This document shows positions 28,301 to 41,605 of a DNA stretch of 64,000 nt, one piece after another. The notes beneath the pieces are model-generated. The model had not been told where the DNA came from and made no database searches. It worked only from the letters and a program-made list of their open reading frames with translations. The translations under genes were made by a program, and so were the position numbers. Source of the stretch: Tubiluchus corallicola (Eukaryota > Animalia > Priapulida); the NCBI GenBank assembly GCA_030141605.1, contig JAQGDQ010000254.1, positions 186,001 through 250,000 of the forward strand. Direction: 5' to 3'. The stretch's first letter is position 1; every line of letters begins with the position of its first letter.

Positions 28301-31300
28301 TATCAGAACAACGCTGATTAGAGGGATTTCAAAACCTGTATATTATTTGTTTAATTAGCATTCGCCTGTTTAGTAAAGTTTCCGTGCTTCAATAAAACCA
28401 TAAAATCTGCGTTTAAACAATTTGATGCTTAATGCTTGAAAATTATAAAATAGCGTTTGTTCGTATTGGACATTCTACTCATAATCTTATTTTCGCAGAA
28501 TTTTGCGATCGTACTCTGAACTCATAATCATGTTTTGTAACTATTAAGTGTTTAAGCATCGTAAGATGAAGCTCATTGGTGAGCCCATAAAAGATGTTTA
28601 TATTTATTTAACAACGGTAAAAACTACAACAACAACAGCTGTTTCCTGGATCCTGAACTCTCCTGATCTTGAAACAGCAATTTGAAGGAACCCAGACAGC
28701 TGGAAATAGTGTACGTAATCCCGAATGCAGTTCTTCGCATTAGTATTAACCAATAAATTCGCGAACTGCTCTGCAGCGCCATCTCTTGTTCATTTTACCA
28801 CTCTCTTATTGCTGGAATACTGCAAATTAACGGCCAGACATCGTGACCTGGAGACAAATGTCTGAATCTACTTTGCTCGTAACTTGGTGCTAAGGATGTT
28901 AATAGTTAAAGGTTCAGTAGTTAACACATTATGTCCAAAGTATACAATTTACAAAAAAACATGTTCAGTTTTGTGATTTGCTACATGGGAACAGCATGCG
29001 CACTAAACATGTAATGAAAATACGTACAGACACCTCTCTTTTTATCAAAAACTAAGAACTCTTTTATTAGACATAATGTGCCAACTCAACGACCAATTTA
29101 TATACGCAATATGAGAAAATCATACAGGTAGAAAGACTGTTAAGTTTATTATCGGATTCAATTTCTGCGTCATTTTCCATTTTCAAGGTATCGTGTATCA
29201 TTTATTCAAACGCCTACATAATTCAGTACAATACATTTCAAACTAGCTGAAGCATCTGTCACTGCTACAGCCTAGAGTGCTGAGAAAATCACCCCATAGT
29301 GACACTCGAATTTGCTTTTTGATGATGTAGCAGAATATAATGACATCCCTGAGGAGAGAGCAGATAATGCAAAATAAAAAAAACAGGAGAGAATGTAAAA
29401 ACGTAGAAATCCTTAAACAAAATCGGAAACGGAACGGAAGTTCGTTCACCGTCTACAAAAATGTTCGGCTCTTGATGCGGCATTTCAGGAGGATGTTCTA
29501 TACAAAAATTCGTCTTTTTTAAACTCTGCAACAAGGTTGAGTTGGATATTCCTTCTCTGGAAAAATTTATTGAAATGAAAGCGTTGATTGATCAAGCGGC
29601 CTAACAATAAACATGCTTAATAATCCCTACACATTGAAAGGTATTTTACGCAATCCGTCTCCAGATCAGCGATGAATGCTAGAATTTGCGTTGATGCTAA
29701 CGATACCAACAATCTTCAGGGCGAAGAAATTCGGTGACTAGACCACTGTCCCACCACTTGCAAAAAATGTGCTTGCATAAAGAGATGACAGGTTATTGGC
29801 ATATTTTAATAGTCAATCAATAAATGAGTTGTACTAAACTACTTGACTGGGGTGTGGGAGTAGAAAACCCTGGAGACGTTACATAAATTAGTAGGTGATC
29901 GTACACACCGCGCATGCGCAGAGTGCGTTCTTCGTAAATCATTTATTTATTGCTCCTACTTTACGACCCTCTCATTATGTCAAATGTAAAGTTTTAATCC
30001 TTTCCGACGTAATTTATTGTCTAACATAAAATTCAAACATGACAGGCGGATGAAATGATTAAAACCACGAGAAAATGCAAATGTAAAGTTTAATTACAGT
30101 GCAGACTGCCTCTCCATCTGTTAAAATACTTGTATTCAACTTACGTCTGCAAATTACACACCCTGAGGCCAAGCTCGCTACGCTTATGATAATTCTTGCG
30201 TTTTCGTAATATTTATTCAAGTGGTAACGACTGTTTTAGTCCAATCAAATAATTTGATTAACTCGTTTGCAAACAGAATTATGACCCATTAGAAGATCAA
30301 TAAGAAAAATCTTATGAAATAAGTTTATGTTACTCTGGCGGTCAGTCTTCGATCGCTTTTAGAATGTAGTGAATTTAAGAAAAGGCTTGACATTGTGTTA
30401 TTTTTATGTGCAATTACCACTCATCATGCACTCATTTTAGTACAAGCTAATGGTTTATTATGTTGCATACACATCTTTTGCTGTCCCCCGAATCGTGTTC
30501 TTTTATTTAGATTATTTATTTAACTAATATCATTATTATTATTGTTTTTGGTTTTAGTTTATTGACAATTAACTATTATTGTTTTGCTTTGTATTTTCCT
30601 TTATTGTTTTTGTTGTCCTACATCGCCACCTTTTCACTATTGAATATTAGTGTTTATTTTTATGAAACCTGCCATTTGTATGAAAAGACAGGAGACTAGA
30701 TGACCCTTTGGTCTCTCCCTGTTTTGCCCTGTCCATAATTATATTAATTCAATAGTGAATTAAGATTATTGCTATAAAAACACTGGAGAAAATAAAGCGT
30801 TCTATGTTCAATTAGATTAATTTTTGTCAGATTTTTGGCGTCTTCGTTACCGTTTCCGAGCGCTGCATACTTGAACGCGGTGAATGTGAATATAGCTTTA
30901 CTTTTCGATTAGAATTGAAAAGCTTGTCGAATATTTGAAAGATCAGAATCGAACTTGCATCTAAAATAGCATCGCAGGCAAAATTAGTTCGCATTTCCAT
31001 CCATAGGAGACGCATTTGAAGGCTGTAATAAATCAGTTCTCGTAGATCAAAACTTGTAAGCTTTCCTCAGAATGCTTAACAAATTGGTAGTGACAATCAA
31101 GCCTTCAATACATGAAATGCGATATAGTATAACTGAAGCTCTACAGTCTGTTACGAAAATAGTACGTAATTTTCAGTCACTAAGATCTTTTGAATAATCA
31201 TGTACACCCTTCTTGGCTGTACGGTCTGTTTATGCTCCTTGGTTCTGTATGTGCCCCCTGGTGTTACAGGCGGATTTTGATAATTTTATCCCGTGCAAAA

Positions 31301-33177
31301 AACCCTTATCGCTTCACACATGCCAACCTACTCGATAGAAATTCAAATCGATCGTGGTGAAATAAACCTTTATCAGTGAATGACATTTCAGAGAAACGCT
31401 GTTTTTAGCCATGCAATATAACAAGCGTAACGTAAACCGTTGGAAACAAGCAGCTGATATGCAACAACTTCACACACTGCAAAGTCTACAGCACCATTAC
31501 TCTGATTTTTTGATGACGTAATTCGGTAATGACTGTATCGTCTTTCTGAGTTCCGCCAAAGTCGTTTCCTTCAGGTGCTATAAGTATGGGTACTGAATTT
31601 GCAAAATTGTGGATGAAGCTTTTCTACACTCCTTCCAAAATAACCATTTGCAAAACCTGAAAACATGCTTTGCCGAGCAAACTGTCTTTCTTCTTCTGAT
31701 AGCAACTTTTAAACCAAGGCGTTAAAAGCATCAAAATGAAAATCACCTAAGAAGGACATTGTAAGACCAATTCTGGGATCTCGAAACTGCATGTACAATA
31801 CTAGGTCGCATGCTAAGCTGAAGTGAAGGGGAATTGTTGTACCACAAAAAGTGACCCAGCTCATACGAATAAGATTCTAGTAATGAAGACAATGAACTTC
31901 TTGCTTGTTGCAGTGAAACGAATTGTCTTTTACACAATTACCTAAAACAATCAGGCACGAATTATGTATATTTCTAACACATAATAAAATTTTATTCACT
32001 TCAAAATATAACAGCATTGAGCAATTATACTTAAAAATGCCTCCTTCAGCCTATTAAAATATTAAAATACTCCAAGAAAATAGGATATACGATCATGTAG
32101 AGTAGCTTAATGCTTAGCATGACAGGGCCAGGCTATCAGCTGTACTGAGACGGAGAACTAAGATCTGGAGCCCCAGTGGCCGGAGTACTTAAAGCCTAGG
32201 GGCCCCTCGTCATAAGTTAATAAGGTCTACTGTACAACGCATAACATCAGGAGCAATCTACGAGATTTACCTCAAAGTTATTATAAAAGAAGTTAATGTA
32301 AAATGAAAGTATGTATCATCAAGCAAATACGCGAATTTTTCACTCGCAATTCGAGTTTTTTCGACTGTTCTTTGCAGTAAAATATAAACGGTTTTCAAAC
32401 TATTGATTTTTGTAGTAACATTTGCTTTTGACTAAAGTATATCAATAACCTGCCAACTACGATTATCGGATTTTTCATCAAGTCTGCCTTGATTTGACAG
32501 GTGTCCTTGTCTTCCGGTTTGTTTAAACAGTTAACTTTGTCATTTCTGACGAACATGGGAAAATAGACAACTGAATGACGTCATCCGCCACAATAAATTT
32601 TGTCTAAATTTCCAGTAACTCAGCATTACCGTAGCAGTGTATGTCGCACAAAGAGCATACTGAATTACTGATTAGCTTCGTGAACTGTGAAAGGCACGCG
32701 GTTAAACCGTGAAGACATCAAAAGCGAATAAGTTCACGAAAATTAGTACCTGGTATACGCAAATTATGCATCTATATAAAGCAAACTTATTGTACATCTA
32801 CATACTATTAAAACCCCAGGGTGTTTGTTTTTTGTTGCATTGTATTTTATTTCATTTTAATATTTGTGTATTATACGGTCTTTGCTATCGGAATAAAAAT
32901 TTGAATTTTATAGAACTGAATTGTGTCAGACTCTGGAAATAAAGTTTTAGACCATGTTAATTTAGATCACTGCCTGCCCCCACATGGCGGCCGAAATGGC
33001 GTCAAAGTACCTTTAGCCATTAAGTCTTTTAAAGAGATTTCAGGCATTCCTAAGTTTGAATATCGACGTCTTCGCTCTATCCGAATAAAGAAATCCAAAA
33101 TGGCGGCCTAAATAGCATACAAAATAACACCTGCTAATAGCACATACAGCAGTTACATAGCTAACAAATGTACTCAC

Positions 33178-33307
33178 GATAAAATTCTGGCACTTTCTTG
33201 ATCCACGTGTTAGTGGAGTGCCGTCGGATCAGCAAGCTCACCCGTCGACTCGGTTCCGCATTTCTTAGGTTCATCAGGCCATCTTTGCGGCGAACTTGTG
33301 CATCCAT
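33178..33307 (-). CDS. SRGAP: Candidate first coding exon of srGAP (MDAQVRRKDGLMNLRNAEPSRRVSLLIRRHSTNTWIKKVPEFY); the exon extends with UTR to an acceptor at 33363
   Basis: ATG-initiated open frame ending in phase 1 at a gtgagt donor, matching the phase-1 acceptor at 13286; upstream ctttcctttttgtgtag acceptor. Confidence 0.6.
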
Positions 33308-33489
33308 TCAGACTTTCTTTCTCACTTCAGTTACTTATACAAGAAGTCCCTGACTTCAACTTTCTACACAAAAAGGAAAGAAGGTAATTATAACCAAAAG
33401 ATCGTTAATTCATTATGACTGTGATTACCAGGATTTTTTATAACCCATTGCAGTTTATTTTACTAATTATTACCCACTGCGTGTAATGA

Positions 33490-33585
33490 ATTGGAGAAAG
33501 GAGACGCTGAAAAATTGTGAGCTAGTCGGTATTTGAACCCGAGACCTTGGATTAGTACTCCCATGCAGCCATGCTCTATCATCCA
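33490..33585 (-). mobile_element. tRNA-derived SINE head relic
   Basis: Reverse strand reads gatagagc...gggttcaaataccg...caatttttcagcgtctcctttct. Confidence 0.5.
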
Positions 33586-36479
33586 CCCACCATGACAAAG
33601 CAGGACCTGAGATTTCCTCCGTGTAGCTCACAATCCAACAGCAATTTGGGAAAGTATTGATACAATCAAAAGAGTTTTATAATTTTCAGTATATTAATCC
33701 CTTACTGGTAGTGACAGGTACATTTTACGAAAACTGGCTGAATGAATTCGTGCATAGCGCTAAGAAATTTCATACGCACAAACTTACGAAGAAAATCAGA
33801 AAATCGTTCGTAAGAACTTTATCACTAGCTTTATCACTTATCACTGCATCACTAGTTGTGCCAGCACGGACATAGCTTTGTTGCTGGCATGGAAACGTAG
33901 TTTTGTAAAAATGCAACGACGTTCATCTTGCGGAAAGCTCTTTCTCACTATTATATTTTCATGCAGATGTATTATATCGTAAAATAAGATTTTTAAGCTA
34001 GCTTTTAGTAGAGTTATGTTAATATTTTTGTATGTATTTTATGTATTTATGTTTTACGGACTAGATTCCGAAATAAATAAATAATTCAATATTTCAATTC
34101 ACTAATTGAGAATTTTTTAGTCTATATCTGAAGTTTAGCGCCACTTTCTTCTGCTATCATGCTAAACGGTAAGAGTTTAGGTACTCTGTAAGATTCATGC
34201 ATGGCAACATATGGAACAGGGGTGGTATATAGGTGCATAATCACTGCAATACACTTATGTAGCCAAGTTCGACGTTTGAGTTTCATAATAGAATTATGAA
34301 GCCGTTCCACCACAAATTTCATGAATTTATCGCAGAGCTTACCACAAGTTAGTCGTAGGTCGATTTGCTGCAGAGAAAATTGAAAATCAAATCAGTGGCG
34401 CATTCTGAAATGCCCATTATATCAATATCACGCAACTGCAGTTCGGAAACTTTCATACTATTTAATTCACAACAAGCATAAGCATTAACTCTTTTCTTAG
34501 CCTGAACTTCATACTCATAGATAGATATATAAAATTTATTTTCGCCTCATCTATAAAACAAGATCACACAACTGCAGTAAATAGGAGCTCAACTTTGTGC
34601 CATAGGAGACCAAAATTTCACATAATTAAAATAAAACAATGAAAGAAAAGGGTGACATGGTGCGAATGTAGATGTACTAAGACCAAAAAGTAAATTGTAC
34701 GTTACAAAAGGCACAAAATTTGTGAACACTTAAACGATAAAATTAATAAATAATTGGTGTTTCACCTCATTTTATCTATACATGTAGTTTTCTCTTTTTT
34801 TCCAACACCTCAAAGCAGGCTTTGTCAGTGATTTTACGTGTCTCAGGATCTCGCATTAAATAAACAAACTTATTCCAGTTCATAACAATCACTCGATTTG
34901 CTGTGGCGCAGTTTTTCCAAAGGGCGTATTTACTCGTAGCACCACGACACTCGTCGTCACAACAATTAAATTTACAACGATAGTTTGAGCCTGGAAAGTA
35001 ACACTAAAACTCAAGCTGCGAAACAAAATCACTTTATTACATTCGCAGCACTACAATTAGGGAACAATGGATACAGCAGCAATAAAGATAGCAGGCGGTT
35101 AAAAATCTACACCAACCACAAACCGAACCTCCAAAGCGTGCATGACAGGCAAGAAAAACGTGATGCACACATCATCATAACACTCTTGCGAGTTTGCGAC
35201 GAAGTTACGCCGCAAAGATAACAAGACAACAACGCGTGTCTAGGTAAGCCATAAGGTTAAGCCTAGCAACACGGCATTTTTAATCATGGATTGTCCCAAT
35301 TTAGTTCTCTAATTAAAAGAAAGCGTTTTCCATCCACAGCTAGCAAAACACTTGTAAGGTCTGCTCGGTAACCCTTACTTTGTCATCACATTATTCAGTT
35401 TATTATGTATCACAATCAATTTTGTGCATGGTTGAGTCAATTCTGACTGAATTAATTCAACTTCTTATTTTAAATATTTGGGATTTGTAATTTAAATATT
35501 GTGACTCATTACACATATTACCAGATGTTGTCATATTTGTTACTGACTTTTTGTATGCCAATAAATGTTAAAAGTTATCTTGTACTGTCAAAACACTGCA
35601 TAATAGGTATTTCAAGTTTCAACTGTTAAGTCTCAGTGAAACTAACTATTATTAAAAATAGCTTGTTCCCGCATATTCATGGCACTATATAATAGACAAA
35701 AAGAAGAACAATGCAGTATAACTTGGCATTCAAAAATAACAAATAAACAGTCATTAACCTTTATTATTAAGAAGATAAAAAAATTCGGGTTTCTGAATGC
35801 AGGTTTCCATAGAAACTGGAAGACTTCAAAGTTGTGCAAAATCTTGAGACCCAGGGAATCTGTGCAGCCTCACTTACAGTAGGCTGTTTTCAATCGATTT
35901 CACTTAAATAAACAAATTTTAAGTCAGCAAGAAATATGGACAGCTTAAAGAATCCATTACTGGCGATTAGTTGTTTATATAAGATTAAATGCCGCAGGGC
36001 GTAGGACGCCCGCAGCGCCGCGTAACACATAATTCCCATAATTAATCATAGTAAGAAAATACAACGATAACCAAAATAAAAAGGTTTCTCCTATTTCCTA
36101 GGATCAAGGTCGTTCCGCATTTTAATTCTGCGCTATGAGCATAAAACCACAACCTATAACAACATACTCGTCTATTATGAATTTCACAAGATCAGAAATG
36201 GTGAGTAATAGAAAGTTACAATTTTTTGTTGTGTGAGGCTTCAGTATAGTGTAGCGCCTTAGCTCGATACAAACTATAATTTTATTTCTTTCCAAGTTTC
36301 CTGTTTGCTTTCAAATTTCACGAGCCTCAATCGATTTGTCAAACAGACTTCCTTTGCCGCAGCTTTCGCTATTAACAGCCAAGCTTTATATAACACGCCT
36401 GTATCTTAAGTGGCACTCTCTAACCAAAATTTGAAAAATTTAGAAGCTAAACAGAAAATGTAATTTAAATAAAACCCAA

Positions 36480-36990
36480 ACTATTTCAATGTTGGCGAAA
36501 AATATTAGAAAGATTTATTAATAAAAGCGCCTCATGTAACTAGTAAAATCATTTTAAAAGTTGCAACCATTTCACGCTTGCCCGTTCCCATTTTGAACGC
36601 ACATCCTCCCACCAATGACGGCGTTCATCGACTAAAAAAAGCAGCGCACTGTCAATTTCGGTCAAAAGTATAACAAGTTTCTTAAAAAAAAATAAACAGC
36701 CATCTTTGTGACATTTTTGCATGTACGATGGGTAATCTGCAGAAGTTTAAATTAGTTTAAGTCGAGGCGCTTACGAAGAATCACGAAGAAGCCCGTTACG
36801 CGCGGCTACCACCGCGCCTGAAAATTTCTATACAGTGGTAGCATAAATTAACTTTATGCTTTATTGACAGTTTTTAGCAGATATTTTTATTACGTTTTTC
36901 TAAGTTTAAGTGGCAACAGTAAAAAAAATAAACGCAACAACCAACATGCTAAGTGACTTGTCTTTTCCTTTAAGCATGCACAACCTTGAA
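36480..36990 (-). repeat. Interspersed repeat family B, copy 2 (inverted)
   Basis: Reverse complement aligns by eye to 22500-22930. Confidence 0.7.
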
Positions 36991-38140
36991 GCAATTTTGT
37001 GTTGTCAGAATAATGTTACTACAATCCTGCCAAAGTTTATATAATAGCTGCATGCATAGTTCATACTCTTGAAACACGGATGGAAGTTCATTTCATAGGC
37101 AGGAACTACAGAGTCAAATAAATAGGCAAAGAAGTACAAAGCAAACATCGTAGGATGTGAGAAGGAGAAAGAATGTCAATGAGTTGAACCCTTCTTTGCA
37201 AATGTCAAATTTTTTTGTGCAAAGTAATATGTGATCAAAGTGTTTCAAAACATCGATAGAGAACGAAAGTAGTTTACAGAAATTCGCAAACTTATGAAGC
37301 CAGGAAAATGTGTCGACTAGTGAGAGAAAATACGTCCACTGGGAGAAAATAGCGCTACGCAAGTAAAGTGCTTGTATTTTATTTAGTTTAGTAGGGTACC
37401 ATTGCCAATACACAGTAGTATTGGGTTATGAAAGCATACGTGTGCTATGAGAATTTTATATTTTGCTAAAACCGTGTTTTTCAAATCAGCAACACAATTA
37501 CGTCCGGACCGATGCAGCGGTACACTCACAAAGCATTCTGACGGGTGATGCATTAAAGCCCATAGCAAAGCAGCACGTAGCTGCAAAGTAGCAAACAGAA
37601 CGGCAGCTCAATTACATTGTTTTTCTTTGGCTGTAGATTAAACAAGTTACTACATATCTGGCTGTAAATGCATATAAACTTTGTAGAAATTTATGGTAAT
37701 TAATACATTTGTATTGGAATGATCTGTGAAATTAATTAACATGTGAAAATTAAACTATTGTGGAATAAAAAATAACTTCACCAAAGCGTGGAAGTTAAGG
37801 TCAAAAACTAAAACATGTCTGTGAATTCTGCCCAAATCCTCAACCATGCAACCTAATATCCATAAACTCAGCATTTGCAATGAAGAACGTAAAGTTGTGA
37901 GATGATTCACACAGCACCATTTGATCATGACTCATGGAGGCAACACACAGCAGCAGCCACAGCAACGGCAATAGCAGCAGCGGCAGCAACAGTGGCAGCG
38001 GCTACGAAAGCAACATTGCAGGAACAGTAACAAACTGTAACCTCGTTCAGAGGTAGCAGATCAAAAGTTTGGGCATTTTTAACGGTCGTTTGCCGCTATA
38101 TTTATTCTGCCACCTTTTTTAATTGCCGAACTGTTTTTTC

Positions 38141-38345
38141 TATATTATATTATGTTATGTTATGTTATGTTACGTTACGTTACGTTACGTTACGTTACGT
38201 TACGTTACGTTACGTTACACTACACTACACTACACTACACTACACTACACTACACTACACTACACTACACTACACTACACTACACTACACTACACTACAC
38301 TACACTACACTACACAACACTACACTACACCATACTATACTATAT
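38141..38345. repeat. Compound pentanucleotide array (TATAT/TATGT/TACGT/TACAC/TATAC)
   Basis: Direct reading. Confidence 0.95.
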
Positions 38346-39729
38346 TGTTTTTGACATTTTAGTTTCTAGTGTTTTCGTTTCTATACAGAAACTGGCATGT
38401 CACTCGGCCTGTTCTCCAGCCTCAACGTGCTATTCATCATCAGTGCACATCTGTTGGTGCCAGTTACCTGATAATCAATATGTGATTGCAATATTTTCTG
38501 TTAAAGTTTCAAAAACCGTCAACTTTGGCGTTTTGACGGATCCTGTCAATTACGGATTAACAACAGCCAGTCGTTTGACGTTTTCAGACCACCCGGTCCT
38601 CCATCCACTGGCGTTAGTTTTGTATTAAAAACTGATAATTAAAAAGCATGAACTGAGGTGTTCTATTTTAAAAAGTAAAAATATTATAAAACTGTGAACA
38701 GCCATATATACTGCTGCTACAAAATGAAGAGGCTCACGCCCTTACGCGAGCATAAAAAAAACGAGATCAGACGGAACCTATCTTGAAATCGCATGACATT
38801 CGCGAGAGTCACTCATATACGAGTTGCGCTCATAATTCATTATACTCTTTATGTAATTGTCAATAGCTACTTGCATTAGCTACAGTTTGTGCTGGCAATT
38901 CTAAAGCATTGGTAATTTAACATTTACAAACGAATTAACACAAGTCGAACATCATTACCACTAATTAAAAGCAACGCCACTAATTGCATATAGCACGCAT
39001 GAAACTAACCGAGCATACTCAATGCCTCCTACACACGAAGAAAGAGAAGCCAGGTTTTATTATGCGTTTTATACCAGGCATGCGATTTATAGATCATAAG
39101 TAAAATGAATCACACAGCCCACATACTCTGTCAGCTTGAATAGGCTTTTTGCTATTATTAGCTTTATCAACGCTGTAACAATCACCAATTTACCTGGTTT
39201 AAATGGCTTTTTGCCTATAATCCCTCTCCCTTGGACCCCCCGCTACCTTAATATTGATAACCAATAACGCACAAAAGCGATATGTCCAGGGGGTTGTTAA
39301 ACTGCGGTAATGGGTAAGGTTATGTAAAGGATAAAAAGATATACGTATCGACGTACATAGATATCGACGATACATATGCAAGCAATTTATTGAACTAAGT
39401 AATAGAATTAAGACACAAAAACAACATTAATTTTAGTTCAGTGAAAGTTAATCAATAGGAGATTTTGTAAAAATTTCTTCTCCTTGTTCTTTTTCTTCTT
39501 CTTACAGCGGCTATTTTTGTATTTCCTTGGTACTGACTTAGTTCAAAATTTCAAGCAGTTCCAGAACTGAACCACAAAAATTAAAACAAATAGACATGAA
39601 TGGTAAAGCTAAGACTGCCAAAAAACTGTACCCAATGACGTGTTGATGTAGACTCTAGAACTTAGATTAACAACAGAATCTGTTAGCAACAGTCACACAT
39701 CCAAGCACCAACCGGAAATGATCGTACTT

Positions 39730-40112
39730 AATAAGCCTTTTCACAGTTCCAGCGATTGAAGATGATCGTGAAAAGGTCAAACATTAAGTGTGCCAGACAA
39801 CGCATTTATGCACACTTGACAACGCCTCGCAGCACATGCTGTTGTAACATAACAGTTTTAACAGGTAGCTAGAACCTCACCTAGTTTATTTTTTCTAGCT
39901 CCCAACAAGATCCTGCTAGTAAATCACTCTACACACAGACTAATGCATAATTAAGTAAAACAAATGAAGATCCTGAACTGCGGCGGCATACGGCTTTGCT
40001 TTACCCACATATCACGTGATGGTTGTAGTGAAAGACGCATTGCTGTGGTACACTTAATATTTGACCTATAGCAATTGCGCATCCGCACAACGAAACAGCG
40101 AAAAGGCTTATT
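39730..40112. mobile_element. MITE family A, copy 2
   Basis: aataagccttttcacagtt ... aacagcgaaaaggcttatt; colinear with 10587-10931, sharing e.g. caagatcctgctagtaaatcactctacacaca. Confidence 0.8.
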
Positions 40113-41387
40113 GTGAGAAACCAAGCAACTATTTCAAATTCAAGGCACACAGACATCCCAAGGGACACAATGACGGAAAAGTTTTGCATCCCACCCCTCC
40201 CCACCTATATCAATTCCAACTTTACTCGAACCCTCTGTTGCATCTAATGACCTGACTATGTTGTAATAAAGTGTAGTTAATAACCAGCAGAGATGCGGTT
40301 AAATAAAAGTACACCCATCTGTCAAGTGAGTCATGCATAAAAGTGACAACTACCTGCGCCAGGGTAATTAACAGTAATGACCAATGACGCCTATTACTGG
40401 CATATTATACATAAGAGTGTCGCAGTGGAAGCCATAATGTCTGAGACTGAACCATGGCGCTTCATGGGGTGGAAAGATGTGGGAAAGCTACTTCTCGGAT
40501 ACTCATTTTAACTGCATCTTAAAAATATGCGCTTTGAAGTGCCTTTCGCAGGAATAATTTGCGCTTTTCCTCACAGAAGACCTAAGGTAATTCAGACAAA
40601 GTAAAAATAAAATAAATGTTCTGCACGTAGTAGAATCTATGTGGAAGCGAAAAAGTGGATTATGTATGACTGCAATTTTGAAAGTTCTCAGTTTACGTAA
40701 AACCTTTAGTAAATAAACCTACAATTATTGAAATAATTACCCAACGCTTTCTGTGTAAATTAAAGTCACACTAGCTTCTGATACGTCACTACGCTTCTGT
40801 AGATGGCGACAATGGCGCTGAAACAGCTTGGAAACAAGTGATGTCAGAATATATTTGCAAGAAAAACCAAGATAACCATAACTCATTTTTACGAACTAGC
40901 ACTCTTTGAAAGAACTTCTGTAAGGATTTTTTTAAATTTGTCGCTAAGTTCGCTTTGACCTTTAGCAACACCAGCCTAACATTTTAGTTGTTTATTATTC
41001 GGCATAAAAAATTAAGGGCAACCGCGCCGCAAGACTCGTTGTTTGTTGTTATTCGTGCAGGAAAGTGATTTACGGCCAATAATTTAGCAGACGAAAAAAA
41101 CTAATCCACCCGGAACCCAAACAATTCACATTGACAAAGTGTAAACAGACAGCTTCAAATGGCCAATTAATTTAATCTGCTGCGACGCCCATGGAAGATG
41201 ATGTTTTCGTCTTAACAACTGCGTTGGATGTGTTCTAGCTTATGAAAATCAACGAGGCTACGTTCGAACCTACTCAAGTTTAGTATTATAAAAGCAAATA
41301 AATTAAAAAATCACTAACATGTTGGGATAGTGTACTAAGTTATCTGGTCACAAATCGTTTAGTTTGCATAGTTTCGAAAAACCTGTT

Positions 41388-41411
41388 ACCCCCCCTTTCT
41401 CTCCCTCTCTC

Positions 41412-41454
<43 letters not shown>

Positions 41455-41464
41455 CTCTCTCTCT

Positions 41465-41506
<42 letters not shown>

Positions 41507-41605
41507 TCCCTCTCTTATTTTCTCCCTTTCTTTTCCCTTTTCTCTCTCACCGTCTCTCTCCCTCCCTTTTACTCTCACTTTCCCGGTCCCCCTCTCTCTC
41601 TCCCA
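41388..41605. repeat. (CT)n pyrimidine tract
   Basis: Direct reading. Confidence 0.95.
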
